A stretch of 58,672 nucleotides of DNA, taken from the NCBI GenBank assembly GCA_031425255.1, contig JANPIY010000289.1:1-58672 (forward strand), read 5' to 3'. This stretch comes from Planctomycetota bacterium (GTDB lineage Bacteria > Planctomycetota > UBA11346). Shown here piece after piece: positions 26,989 to 35,730 of this stretch. The position numbers and the translations under genes are program-made. Below the pieces are notes generated by a model. It was not told where the DNA came from. It searched no databases and was given only the letters and a program-made list of their open reading frames with translations. Position 1 is the first letter of the stretch. Each line of letters begins with the position of its first letter.

Positions 26989-27087
26989 GGGACCTCATCC
27001 GTGATGACTGCTGGGTGGAATCTATCGGCGGGAAGAACCCTGAAGACTTCGGTCGCTTCAGACCATGCGCAGGAGTCCTGATGTGGT

Positions 27088-27768
27088 TCACCCCAGGGCC
27101 GCGGCAGCCGCATCATCGAGGTACCACACCGTGCGCCCGCGCGGCAGCAGGCTCACCGGGATCGCCGGATCCGGACCACGTGCCGAGCGCATGGCGATCA
27201 CGCCCTTGGCCGCTCCCAAGGCCAGTACCACATGCTGCGCAGCCCGATGCAGCACCGGCAGCGACAAGGTCAGCCGTCGGGAAGGTGGCTTCGGACTGTC
27301 ATGGATGGGGAAGACGTCGGCCAGTTCCTTGAGTCCGGCATGATGCGGAAACAGGCTCGCCAGATGGCCATCCTCGCCGATGCCGATGAGGCATGCATCG
27401 AGAGCGCCCGAGCCGCCGGTGGCGGCCTTGAGGTGCATGGCGTATTCCGCCGCTGCGGCCTCGAGATCGTCCCGCTCGGCGGCCATCGGGTAGACGTGAG
27501 TCGGCAGCGGCCCCCCTGCCTGCCAAGCCGCCAGCGTCGGCCCGTCGTTGCGCTCAGCGTGGCCGACCGGCACCGCACGTTCGTCGAGCCAAAGCAGGTG
27601 TAGGCGTTCGCGCAGGTAGGTCGTGCACAGCCCCGCGAGCGCCGTCAGCACCGGCCCAGGTGAGCGTCCGCCGGGGATCGCCAACGTCGCACGCCCTCGC
27701 GTGGCAGCGGCCTGATCGAGCACGGTATAGAGAGCTTCGGCGACGGTACTCGGCAGATAGGGCAGCAT
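27088..27768 (-). CDS. pgl: 6-phosphogluconolactonase
   Basis: Motifs are LAIPGGRSP, LWLDERAVP and GIGEDGHLASLFPHH. I start it at the ATG at 27768; the ORF opens at 27879. Confidence 0.85.
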   Translation of the reverse strand: MLPYLPSTVAEALYTVLDQAAATRGRATLAIPGGRSPGPVLTALAGLCTTYLRERLHLLWLDERAVPVGHAERNDGPTLAAWQAGGPLPTHVYPMAAERDDLEAAAAEYAMHLKAATGGSGALDACLIGIGEDGHLASLFPHHAGLKELADVFPIHDSPKPPSRRLTLSLPVLHRAAQHVVLALGAAKGVIAMRSARGPDPAIPVSLLPRGRTVWYLDDAAAAALG

Positions 27769-28050
27769 GGGCGGGAGATTGCCGTGCAACCCCGCTTGGC
27801 AACCCACCCGGGCCTCGGATCCGTGATGCAGACATCCGGTGCTCCGGGTTTTACCGCAGAATCGACGTTTATGCGGCAAAGGTAGCGTTAGACATCGTAT
27901 TTTTCCCTTCTTGCGGCGGTGAATTGGCGGTTAGGATGCGCCCTCCACCCCCAACGGGGCCGCACCCCTGGGTGACCTGAGTGGCCTTCGAAAAGGCCGG
28001 ATCCAGGGTCCGCCCGCGCACTGTTGGGAACGCCTGCAACGGAATTGGCC

Positions 28051-30714
28051 ATGCCTGGTCCTGCTACCTCATCCACTCCTGACGCCACACGTCCCGCCGC
28101 TCCCAAGGGAACCGGCCAGGTCGTACTGACGCTCAGCCGCACCCTGCCCAACTGCAAACGCACGCGCACCCTGGTGGTCGAAGGCGCCTCCGGCGTACGC
28201 AGCGAGCCATTGCACGAGATGGATTCGATCCAGCGCGCGCTGACGCAGGTGCGCGGCGTGCATCCGCCGCCCGTGATGATCATCGACGGGCAGACCTACC
28301 CGTGTGTCATCGAAGGCAGCCCGCGCAGTCCCCGTCTGATGATGGAGGACAAGGGCGAGAAGGTCCGCCTCTACCTCGAAGTGGGTGGCGCCGCGGTCGC
28401 CAACGTCTGGTTGATCCCTGGTCCCCACATCGTCTTCCGCGGTCGCATCATCCCCTTGGAATGGACCGGACCCGCCGAGCACCTCGATCCCCTGATGCAG
28501 GGTCCGATCATGGTGCCGAAGGAGTGGCTGGTGCGCGATCCCTGGCGCAGCGTGCTCGCGCATGCCGGCCAGGTGCCACCGCAGGCCGAGCGCGCCAAGC
28601 AGGTGCGCGGTCGCCCGCAGCCGATCCTCGAGATGTACGAAGTCGATTCGCGGCTGTGCGGCAACGTGCGCTTCCGCTACCACGACGACCTGCCCGAGAT
28701 CGATCCGCTGGAGCGCATCGGCCTGATCGTCGCCGAGGACAAGAACGGCAACATCCTCAAGTGCGAACGTGATCGCGACCTCGAACTGCAGCGCTGCAAC
28801 GAGTTCATCAAGCGTGGAGCCCTGGTGCAGCGCCGCGGCGCCTTCGGCTTCGTCGCTGATGGCGATGCCGCCGACCGCTTCCTGGCGCAGGTCATCCCCA
28901 ATCTCCAGGGCTGGGACATCCGCGGCCAGGATCGTCTGCATCGCGGCCGTCCGCCGACCGACATCGTCACCAGCGCCAAGGTCGTCGCCCACGACGACTA
29001 CCTGGAACTGGAGATCGACGCCCTGGTCGACGGTCGCCACGTGCCGATCAAGGAACTGCTGAAGAACGCCGCCCGTGGCCAGAACGTCATGGTCTTCAAG
29101 GACGGCCTGCGCGCGCGCATCAACGACGAATGGCTCAGCCGCTACCGCACGCTGTCGGAGTTCGGCGGACTGAAGGAGCACAACGGCAAGGTCCGCGTTC
29201 CGCGGCACGCCGCCGCCATGGCGGTGTCGCTGGCCGAATCCGGCGGCGAGATGCAGCTCGACGCGGCGACGCTCGACCTCGCCAGCCTGGCCAAGGGCGG
29301 CGCGTCGATCCCGCATGTCGAACTGCCCAAGGGCCTCAACGCCACCCTGCGCGAATACCAGCACGCTGGTTTCGACTGGATGGTCTTCCTCAGCAATCGC
29401 GGCCTCGGCGGCGTGCTCGCCGACGACATGGGTCTCGGCAAGACCGTCCAGTCGATCACCTTCGTGCTGCACCGGCACCGCGAGGATCCAGGTGTCCACC
29501 TCGTCGTCGCGCCGCGTTCCGTGGTCGACAACTGGGTCGACGAATGCAAAAAATTCTGTCCTGACGTCCCGGTGCACACGCACCTGGGGCTCGACCGCGT
29601 GAAGTCGACCGAGCGGCTGCCCAAGAAGGGCCTGCTGCTGACCAGCTACAACATCCTGCAGCGCGACATCAAGCTGCTGTCCTCGATCGAGTACAGCACG
29701 GTGATCCTCGACGAGGCGCACGTCATCCGCAATCCGGAGGCCAAGACCACGCGCGCCGCGCTCAAGCTCGCCGCCCGTCGCCGCATGTGCCTCTCTGGTA
29801 CGCCGGTGCAGAACTGCGCCGAGGATCTCTGGCCGATCTTCCACTTCCTGATGCCGGGATTCCTCGGTCGTCGCAAGACGCTGAAGGAGACCCTGCAGGA
29901 CGATCCCGAGGCGATCAACCGCCTGCGCGACCGCGTCGCGCCGTTCGTGCTGCGCCGCATCAAGAGCGAAGTGGCCACCGAACTGCCGCCGAAGACCGAG
30001 ATCCTGCTGCATGCGCGCATGTCGGACGAGCAGTCGCGGTTCTACCACGAACTCCTCGAAAAGGAGCGCGTCGGCGTGATGGATCTGCTGGGCTCGAAGG
30101 GCCTGGAGCGTTCCCGCGTGTCGATCCTCGCGGCCATCACCCGCCTGCGTCAGGCCGCCTGCGCCCCGGCGCTGGTCGGTGCTCCGCTCATCGACAGCGC
30201 CAAGGTCGAGCTCTTCATCGACCTGGTCGACGAGTTGATCAGCGAAGGCCACCGCGCGCTGGTGTTCAGCTCATTCACCAAGTTCCTCGCGGTCATCCAA
30301 GAGAAGCTCGAAGAACGCAAGTACACCTACCAATACCTCGATGGCCGCACCCGCGACCGCGCAGCCAAGGTCAAGGCGTTCCAGAAGGGCAACGACCCGT
30401 TGTTCCTGATCTCGCTCAAGGCTGGTGGCGTGGGTCTCAACCTCACCGCCGCCGACTACGTAATCATCCTCGATCCGTGGTGGAATCCCGCCGCGGAAGA
30501 CCAGGCGGCCGACCGCGCCTATCGCATCGGTCAGGACAAGCCGGTGATGGTCTATCGCATCGTCACCGTCGAATCGATCGAGGAGCGCGTGCTGCGCCTG
30601 CAGGCGGAGAAGCGCCGCCTGGTCGGCGACCTCGCCCTCGAAGGCTTGGCGCGTGCACTGGAAGCCGGCGACGTCGAGAAGCTGTTCGAAGTCGCGGCGT
30701 CGGTCGGGTCGTAG
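28051..30714 (+). CDS. SNF2-family DEAD/H helicase with long N-terminal SNF2-associated region
   Basis: Motifs are LADDMGLGKT (I), ILDEAHVIRN (II) and SGTPVQN (III), plus the helicase-C segment LISLKAGGVGLNLTAADYVIILDPWWNPAAEDQAADRAYRIGQ. The ~430-aa N-terminal region has no catalytic motif. The ORF opens at TTG 28024; the first ATG is at 28051. Confidence 0.95.
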   Translation: MPGPATSSTPDATRPAAPKGTGQVVLTLSRTLPNCKRTRTLVVEGASGVRSEPLHEMDSIQRALTQVRGVHPPPVMIIDGQTYPCVIEGSPRSPRLMMEDKGEKVRLYLEVGGAAVANVWLIPGPHIVFRGRIIPLEWTGPAEHLDPLMQGPIMVPKEWLVRDPWRSVLAHAGQVPPQAERAKQVRGRPQPILEMYEVDSRLCGNVRFRYHDDLPEIDPLERIGLIVAEDKNGNILKCERDRDLELQRCNEFIKRGALVQRRGAFGFVADGDAADRFLAQVIPNLQGWDIRGQDRLHRGRPPTDIVTSAKVVAHDDYLELEIDALVDGRHVPIKELLKNAARGQNVMVFKDGLRARINDEWLSRYRTLSEFGGLKEHNGKVRVPRHAAAMAVSLAESGGEMQLDAATLDLASLAKGGASIPHVELPKGLNATLREYQHAGFDWMVFLSNRGLGGVLADDMGLGKTVQSITFVLHRHREDPGVHLVVAPRSVVDNWVDECKKFCPDVPVHTHLGLDRVKSTERLPKKGLLLTSYNILQRDIKLLSSIEYSTVILDEAHVIRNPEAKTTRAALKLAARRRMCLSGTPVQNCAEDLWPIFHFLMPGFLGRRKTLKETLQDDPEAINRLRDRVAPFVLRRIKSEVATELPPKTEILLHARMSDEQSRFYHELLEKERVGVMDLLGSKGLERSRVSILAAITRLRQAACAPALVGAPLIDSAKVELFIDLVDELISEGHRALVFSSFTKFLAVIQEKLEERKYTYQYLDGRTRDRAAKVKAFQKGNDPLFLISLKAGGVGLNLTAADYVIILDPWWNPAAEDQAADRAYRIGQDKPVMVYRIVTVESIEERVLRLQAEKRRLVGDLALEGLARALEAGDVEKLFEVAASVGS

Positions 30715-30851
30715 TTCCGACACCGGCGGCGGTAGCGCTCGCACCCGGTGATGTCGCTCCCCTGCAAGCAGCCATGACGTGGGTGTCGCCCCATCGTGGA
30801 GCAGGGTAGCGAGGATGCTGGATCGCTCATCAGCCGACTGATGGTCTGTTC

Positions 30852-32363
30852 ATGGACTCCTCCGATCACTTCGCCGCCCTGAAGCCTGCGCCCGCCCAGG
30901 CGCGGACGGTCTTCATGACCGGAGCCACGGGCTACATCGGTGGGCGTCTGACCCGCTGGCTCTTGCGACGCGGCTGGCGGGTGCGCTGCCTGGTGCGGTC
31001 GGCTGAAAAACTGGCGATGCGGGATTGGGCCGCGGATGAGCGTCTGGAGATCGTCGAGGCCTCGCTCGACGATCCCTCTGCGTTGATCGCGGCCATGCAG
31101 GGGTGCGGCACCGCCTACTACCTGATCCACTCCATGACCATCGCGGGGAGTGATTTCCATCGGCGTGATCTGGAATTGGCGCGCAACTTCGTCACCGCCG
31201 CCACCGTTGCGAACTTGGAACGCATCGTCTACCTCGGCGGGCTGGGAGAGACCGGCGATGAGCTGTCGGAACACCTCGCATCCCGGCGCGAGGTCGAGGC
31301 GATGCTCGCCAGCAGCGTGATCCCCGTCACGACGCTGCGGGCCGCCATCATCATCGGCTCCGGCTCGGCGTCGTTCGAGATGTTGCGTTACCTGGTCGAA
31401 CGCCTGCCCGTGATGGTGACGCCCCGTTGGGTCGGCACCGAATGCCAACCCATCGCCGTACGCAATGTGCTCCACTACCTCGTCGCGTGCCTGACCACCC
31501 CGGCCACCACGGGTATGACGCTCGACATCGGTGGGCCGGATGTGCTGAGCTACCGTGACCTGATGCAGATAACCGCCGAGGAGCTCGACCTCAGGCGACG
31601 CTGGATCATCGCTGTACCGGTGTTGACTCCGCGGCTGAGCTCGTGGTGGATCCATCTGGTCACGCCCTTGGATCGGCACATGGCGCGACCCCTTGCCGAA
31701 GGGCTGCGCAACCGGGTGGTCTGTCGCAACGCTCTCGCCCATCAGCTGATGCCACAGCCGCTCTTGGGCGTGCGCGAGTCGATCGCGCTGGCGATCGGCA
31801 AGTTGCACGCCGATGCGGTGGAAACCCGATGGTCGGACGCCGGCACCATTCCTGGCGATCCCGATTGGGCGGGTGGCACGCTGCTGAGTGATCGCCGTGA
31901 AGTGACGGTCGCCGTCGATGCCGCTGCCTTGTTCCAGGCCTGTTGCCGCATCGGCGGCGGGCACGGATGGTACGCCACCGATTGGTTGTGGCGGTGGCGT
32001 GGCATCATCGACCGGCTGGTCGGCGGACCGGGATTGCGCCGTGGCCGCCGTGACCAGGAGCGTCTGCTGGTCGGTGATGCGGTCGATTTCTGGCGTGTGG
32101 TGGCGGTCGAGAAGGATCGCCGCCTGGAGTTGGCTGCGGAGATGCGCCTGCCCGGGCGGGCGCGCCTGGAATGGACCATCGAGCCGCTCGGCGATGGCAA
32201 CCGCTGCCGGTTGATCCAGACCGCGCGATTCCGCCCGCACGGTCTCTGGGGACTGGTGTATTGGTACGGAGTCGCCGCACTCCACGGCTTGGTCTTTCCG
32301 CGGATGGTGCGTGGCATCGCGCGGGCGGCGCTGGCGTCGGTGAAGCCGCCGCCCGGAGCGTGA
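30852..32363 (+). CDS. NAD(P)-binding SDR-type protein with C-terminal DUF2867-like domain
   Basis: The Rossmann motif is VFMTGATGYIGGRL. The NmrA/SDR-like N-terminal half is followed by a ~170-aa C-terminal domain (GWYATDWLWRWRGIIDRLVGG), as in DUF2867 fusions. Confidence 0.8.
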   Translation: MDSSDHFAALKPAPAQARTVFMTGATGYIGGRLTRWLLRRGWRVRCLVRSAEKLAMRDWAADERLEIVEASLDDPSALIAAMQGCGTAYYLIHSMTIAGSDFHRRDLELARNFVTAATVANLERIVYLGGLGETGDELSEHLASRREVEAMLASSVIPVTTLRAAIIIGSGSASFEMLRYLVERLPVMVTPRWVGTECQPIAVRNVLHYLVACLTTPATTGMTLDIGGPDVLSYRDLMQITAEELDLRRRWIIAVPVLTPRLSSWWIHLVTPLDRHMARPLAEGLRNRVVCRNALAHQLMPQPLLGVRESIALAIGKLHADAVETRWSDAGTIPGDPDWAGGTLLSDRREVTVAVDAAALFQACCRIGGGHGWYATDWLWRWRGIIDRLVGGPGLRRGRRDQERLLVGDAVDFWRVVAVEKDRRLELAAEMRLPGRARLEWTIEPLGDGNRCRLIQTARFRPHGLWGLVYWYGVAALHGLVFPRMVRGIARAALASVKPPPGA

Positions 32364-32441
32364 TCACCACACAGCGGATGCCGAGTGAAGTTGGCCTCCG
32401 CACCTGCACGAACTTATCCTGCGCGTCCGAAGCTTACCCCC

Positions 32442-33053
32442 TTAAAAACTCGCGAGTAGGATTCCCGTTTCGTCGAGTGGGTCGCGCCCCATGCGTTCAA
32501 GCTGGGATAGTTCCCACCAATGCTGGAAGGCATCCCAAGCGATCTCGTGCATGAGCTGGTCCCCGAAATGCTCGGCTCCCGCGGGAACATCTTGCACCCA
32601 ATACAATTTCAGGACTTGTCGTTTTCGCAGGCATTCCATCAGCATCACCGCGCCGCGTTTATCCGCGCCCATCGCCCGGCTCGCCACCAGTACCTCACCG
32701 ATGAGGTCGGGCCCGCGTTTGCAGAACGCGTCCGGCTGACGCCCATTTTCTGCACGCAACGCGAAGAATCGCAAGATTGCCATTCGGACGAGTGTACTTG
32801 ATTGACCCCGTTCCAACTCGCTATCGAGCCACTCGTTGATGGTGATCGAGTATCCCTTGTCCAAGGACCGATGGTATGAACGCAACAACTCCTCGCACGA
32901 CGCCTCCGAGGTGAGCCACCAGTTTGCTCGAAACGACCAGCCTCCGATGTCCCATTGCGGCACTAACCGCCACAGGGCAAGGAACGCCGCCATCGCACCC
33001 AGCAGCAGAGCCGAAGCGATCAGCCCCGACATCAGTAAGCGACGGCTGGCCAT
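32442..33053 (-). CDS. Hypothetical membrane-anchored alpha-helical protein (lower G+C, atypical codons)
   Basis: 203 aa with an N-terminal TM (LMSGLIASALLLGAMAAFLAL) followed by a Trp/Leu/Glu-rich soluble part. Many A/T-ending codons (cgt, tca, caa, gaa, aat) contrast with the neighbours. Confidence 0.6.
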   Translation of the reverse strand: MASRRLLMSGLIASALLLGAMAAFLALWRLVPQWDIGGWSFRANWWLTSEASCEELLRSYHRSLDKGYSITINEWLDSELERGQSSTLVRMAILRFFALRAENGRQPDAFCKRGPDLIGEVLVASRAMGADKRGAVMLMECLRKRQVLKLYWVQDVPAGAEHFGDQLMHEIAWDAFQHWWELSQLERMGRDPLDETGILLASF

Positions 33054-33066
33054 CCCGATGCCTCCG

Positions 33067-33291
33067 TCAGGTCGACAATAGAGAGCCGCACCATGGACAG
33101 AAGGCGATCTTCACCATCGATGATCCACCATCATGGATGATGATGCCGGTGTCGCCATTCGGGTGGCGATCCAATAGGTGATCCGGGCATTCGTAGATAT
33201 CGACGTGGTCCGTGCATTGACGGGCGAGCTGATCACGCATGCGGTCGCAACAGAAAGTCGTGGCTCGCTCCTCCGACGAAGTCTGGTTCAC
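33067..33291 (-). CDS. Small Cys-rich protein (CCxxM ... CPxH ... CPWCG; zinc-ribbon-like, DUF6980-like by recollection)
   Basis: 74 aa: (M)NQTSSEERATTFCCDRMRDQLARQCTDHVDIYECPDHLLDRHPNGDTGIIIHDGGSSMVKIAFCPWCGSLLST. Its GTG start overlaps the TatD stop codon (GTGA at 33288-33291). Confidence 0.6.
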   Translation of the reverse strand: MNQTSSEERATTFCCDRMRDQLARQCTDHVDIYECPDHLLDRHPNGDTGIIIHDGGSSMVKIAFCPWCGSLLST

Positions 33292-34196
33292 GAGATCAGG
33301 CCCTTGGCCACGGTCTCGTCGACGCGCGGCGCCTGGCCGCGCAGCACACTGTTGCCTTCGAACAACGTGCGCTGGTCGATCGCCGTCGGCGTCAGCCAGT
33401 CGCTCTCGTTGAACTGTCCCGACTGGCCGTAAGCGAGGATGGCGTTGCCATAGCAGGTGGCTTCGACCTGGTCGCGGGGGATGCCGCGTTCGAGCATGAG
33501 GCGCGCGGTCTTAGGGACGGCGAGTGGATCGCTCACCCCCCAATCGGCGCTGCTATCGACGATGATGCGTTCCTTGCCGTAGGTGCGCACGACCTCGACC
33601 ATGCGCTCGTTGCCCATCTTGGTCTTGGGGTAGATGGTGAAGGCGGCCCAGAAGCCACGGTCGAGGCAGTCCTTGACGGTCTCCTCGTTGTTGTGGTCGA
33701 CCACCACCGAGCCGGGTTTCAGACCGTGTTCGATCGCCACATCCATCGAGCGCGCCGTCCCACGCTTCTTGTCGCGATGCGGCGTATGGATCATCACCGG
33801 CAGGTTGAGTTCCTTGGCCAGTTCGAGCTGGGCGCGGTAGACCTTGTCCTCGGCGGGAGTCTGGTCGTCGTAGCCGATCTCGCCGATCGCCACCACGCCG
33901 TCCTTGGAGGCGAACAGCGGCAAGATCTCCAGCACCTCGCGCGACAGGCCCTCATTGTTGGCCTCCTTGCTGTTCAGACCGATGGTGCAGTAGTGCTTGA
34001 TGCCGAACTGCGCGGCGCGGAACCGCTCCCAGCCGACCAGCGAGGCGTAGTAATCCTGGAACGAGCCCAGGGTGGTGCGTGGCTGTCCGACCCAGAAGGC
34101 CGGTTCGATCACCGCGACGACGCCGGCATCGCGCATGGCCTCGTAATCATCGGTGGTGCGAGCCGACATGTGCACGTGGGGGTCGATCAGTTTCAT
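33288..34196 (-). CDS. TatD-family metal-dependent hydrolase (EboB-like by inference)
   Basis: 302 aa. MKLIDPHVHM...IGEIGYD...MIHTPH...VVDHNNE...DSSADWG shows the amidohydrolase-fold metal ligands of the TatD family. Confidence 0.85.
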   Translation of the reverse strand: MKLIDPHVHMSARTTDDYEAMRDAGVVAVIEPAFWVGQPRTTLGSFQDYYASLVGWERFRAAQFGIKHYCTIGLNSKEANNEGLSREVLEILPLFASKDGVVAIGEIGYDDQTPAEDKVYRAQLELAKELNLPVMIHTPHRDKKRGTARSMDVAIEHGLKPGSVVVDHNNEETVKDCLDRGFWAAFTIYPKTKMGNERMVEVVRTYGKERIIVDSSADWGVSDPLAVPKTARLMLERGIPRDQVEATCYGNAILAYGQSGQFNESDWLTPTAIDQRTLFEGNSVLRGQAPRVDETVAKGLIS

Positions 34197-34220
34197 GGCA
34201 GGCGCTCCCAGAGGATAGAG

Positions 34221-34964
34221 TTACGCCGACGCGGCTGGCGCGCTGGCATGCAATCGGTCGAGCTCGACACGTTGCGCCGGGGTACAGCCCGGACGGGCGG
34301 CCGCCCACAGGTCGACGGGCACCGGACGTTTGGCGGCCAGGCGCTCGCGTGCGTAGTCGATGAGCATCTGCGCCAGGGTGGTATTGGCGCGGCGCTCGGC
34401 GCCGATCATGCGGGCGACCGGGCTGGCGATGAACAGGGCCTTGAGCACCGTCTGGTTCCAGGCGCCCTCGTCGAGGCGCTCGGCGGCGATCGGGTTGTCG
34501 AGCGCGACGGCATTGAAAACCGAACTCATGTTCGAGCGCACGCCTTCGGCGATGCGTGGCGCCAGCAGCTCCTGATGCGGCAGCAACGGCAAGGCCTGGT
34601 ACAGCGCCACCAGTTCTTCGAGTCCGGCGGCGGCGAAGAGCTGGTCGAGGATGGTCATCCACGCCTGGGCATCGCCCGCTGGCAACGTCAGCACCAGGCG
34701 CGTCCGTGCCACGTGGTCCATGTTCCAATGTGACGGGTCCCAGCCACTGCGCGCGGTCGTCGCTGCGACCAGATCAGCGGGCGAGAGTCGCAGCGGCTCG
34801 CGACCACTGCGCCGACCCGCCACGCCGAAGGCGATGAACAAGGTGCGCACGCCGCCCTCCACCGGAATACGCGCACAGGTATCGCGCACCCATGCCGCGG
34901 CCTCAGGCTTGAGCTGACGTTGCAACCAGCTATCGAGCAAAGTCATGATCTCCATCACTGGCAT
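34221..34964 (-). CDS. EboA-like hypothetical protein
   Basis: A ~247-aa all-helical protein immediately upstream of the TatD-type gene. That pairing is what the ebo cluster (eboA-eboB) shows. The assignment rests on synteny and recollection, not on a diagnostic motif. The start is uncertain: 34946, 34955, 34964 or 35048. Confidence 0.55.
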   Translation of the reverse strand: MPVMEIMTLLDSWLQRQLKPEAAAWVRDTCARIPVEGGVRTLFIAFGVAGRRSGREPLRLSPADLVAATTARSGWDPSHWNMDHVARTRLVLTLPAGDAQAWMTILDQLFAAAGLEELVALYQALPLLPHQELLAPRIAEGVRSNMSSVFNAVALDNPIAAERLDEGAWNQTVLKALFIASPVARMIGAERRANTTLAQMLIDYARERLAAKRPVPVDLWAAARPGCTPAQRVELDRLHASAPAASA

Positions 34965-35039
34965 GCCGGCAGCTTCGACCCCACCCACCCCCTGCCAAGC
35001 GCAGGATCGGGCAATCCACGACAGCGTGGTGGACGCCGG

Positions 35040-35606
35040 ATGAACCATTTTCTCGCGTTACGCTTGGCGGATGCCCCACGTGATCGCCTGGCGCAGGTGG
35101 CTGAACGCTTCCAGGCCTGGGACCTGCCCGCCTCCTGGATCGATCCCGAGGACTATCACCTGACGGTCGCCTTCCTCGGCGATCTCGACGATGACGAGGC
35201 CCATCTGCTGCCGTCCGCCATCGATCTGGTCGCTTGTGGCTTGCGCCGGCCGCAGCTGCGCTTCAGCGGCCTCGGTGCAACCGGCGGACGCACCGAACCA
35301 CGGGCCGTGTACGCGGCAGTCGAGGACATCGGCGCCCGCTGCGCAGACATCCACCTCGACCTCTGCGCCGCCCTCGACGTCACCCCCGAGCGTGCCTTCC
35401 TGCCGCATGTCACCATCTGCCGCCCCAGGCGCGCGGCCGCCTGGGAGCAGGCTGCTGCCGGACGTTCCTGGAGCGATCTCTTCCTCGCCAATGGCCAGGC
35501 GGACTGGGGTTCCTGCGAGACCACCGGACTGGTCTTCTGCCGCCGCCGTGAGGGACCGGGCCCACGCTATGATGTGCTGACTGATTGGCCTCTGGTGACG
35601 GCGTAA
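35040..35606 (+). CDS. thpR: RNA 2',3'-cyclic phosphodiesterase (2H/LigT family)
   Basis: MNHFLALRL... carries two HxT motifs (HLTVAFLG and HVTICR) at the expected spacing. The ORF opens at 34920; the ATG at 35040 is preferred. Confidence 0.85.
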   Translation: MNHFLALRLADAPRDRLAQVAERFQAWDLPASWIDPEDYHLTVAFLGDLDDDEAHLLPSAIDLVACGLRRPQLRFSGLGATGGRTEPRAVYAAVEDIGARCADIHLDLCAALDVTPERAFLPHVTICRPRRAAAWEQAAAGRSWSDLFLANGQADWGSCETTGLVFCRRREGPGPRYDVLTDWPLVTA

Positions 35607-35730
35607 AAGCCTTTCAGGATCCACTCGCAGCGTTGTGGGAACGTGGGGTATACCTTGAGCATTCCCAAGGGGCTCCTGCCAACCTCCAGCACGACCCGCA
35701 CCTCCTTCACCTGCATCCAGTGAGGCCTCC

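Noticed and set aside
28069-30252. 727-aa minus-strand ORF.
   Set aside because: It is antisense to the SNF2 helicase, in which motifs I-VI are all present on the plus strand. Its composition is low-complexity and Arg/Asp/His/Gly-rich.
30552-32285. 577-aa minus-strand ORF.
   Set aside because: It is antisense to the SDR/DUF2867-like gene, which has a clear Rossmann GxxGxxG on the plus strand. It also overlaps the 3' end of the SNF2 gene.
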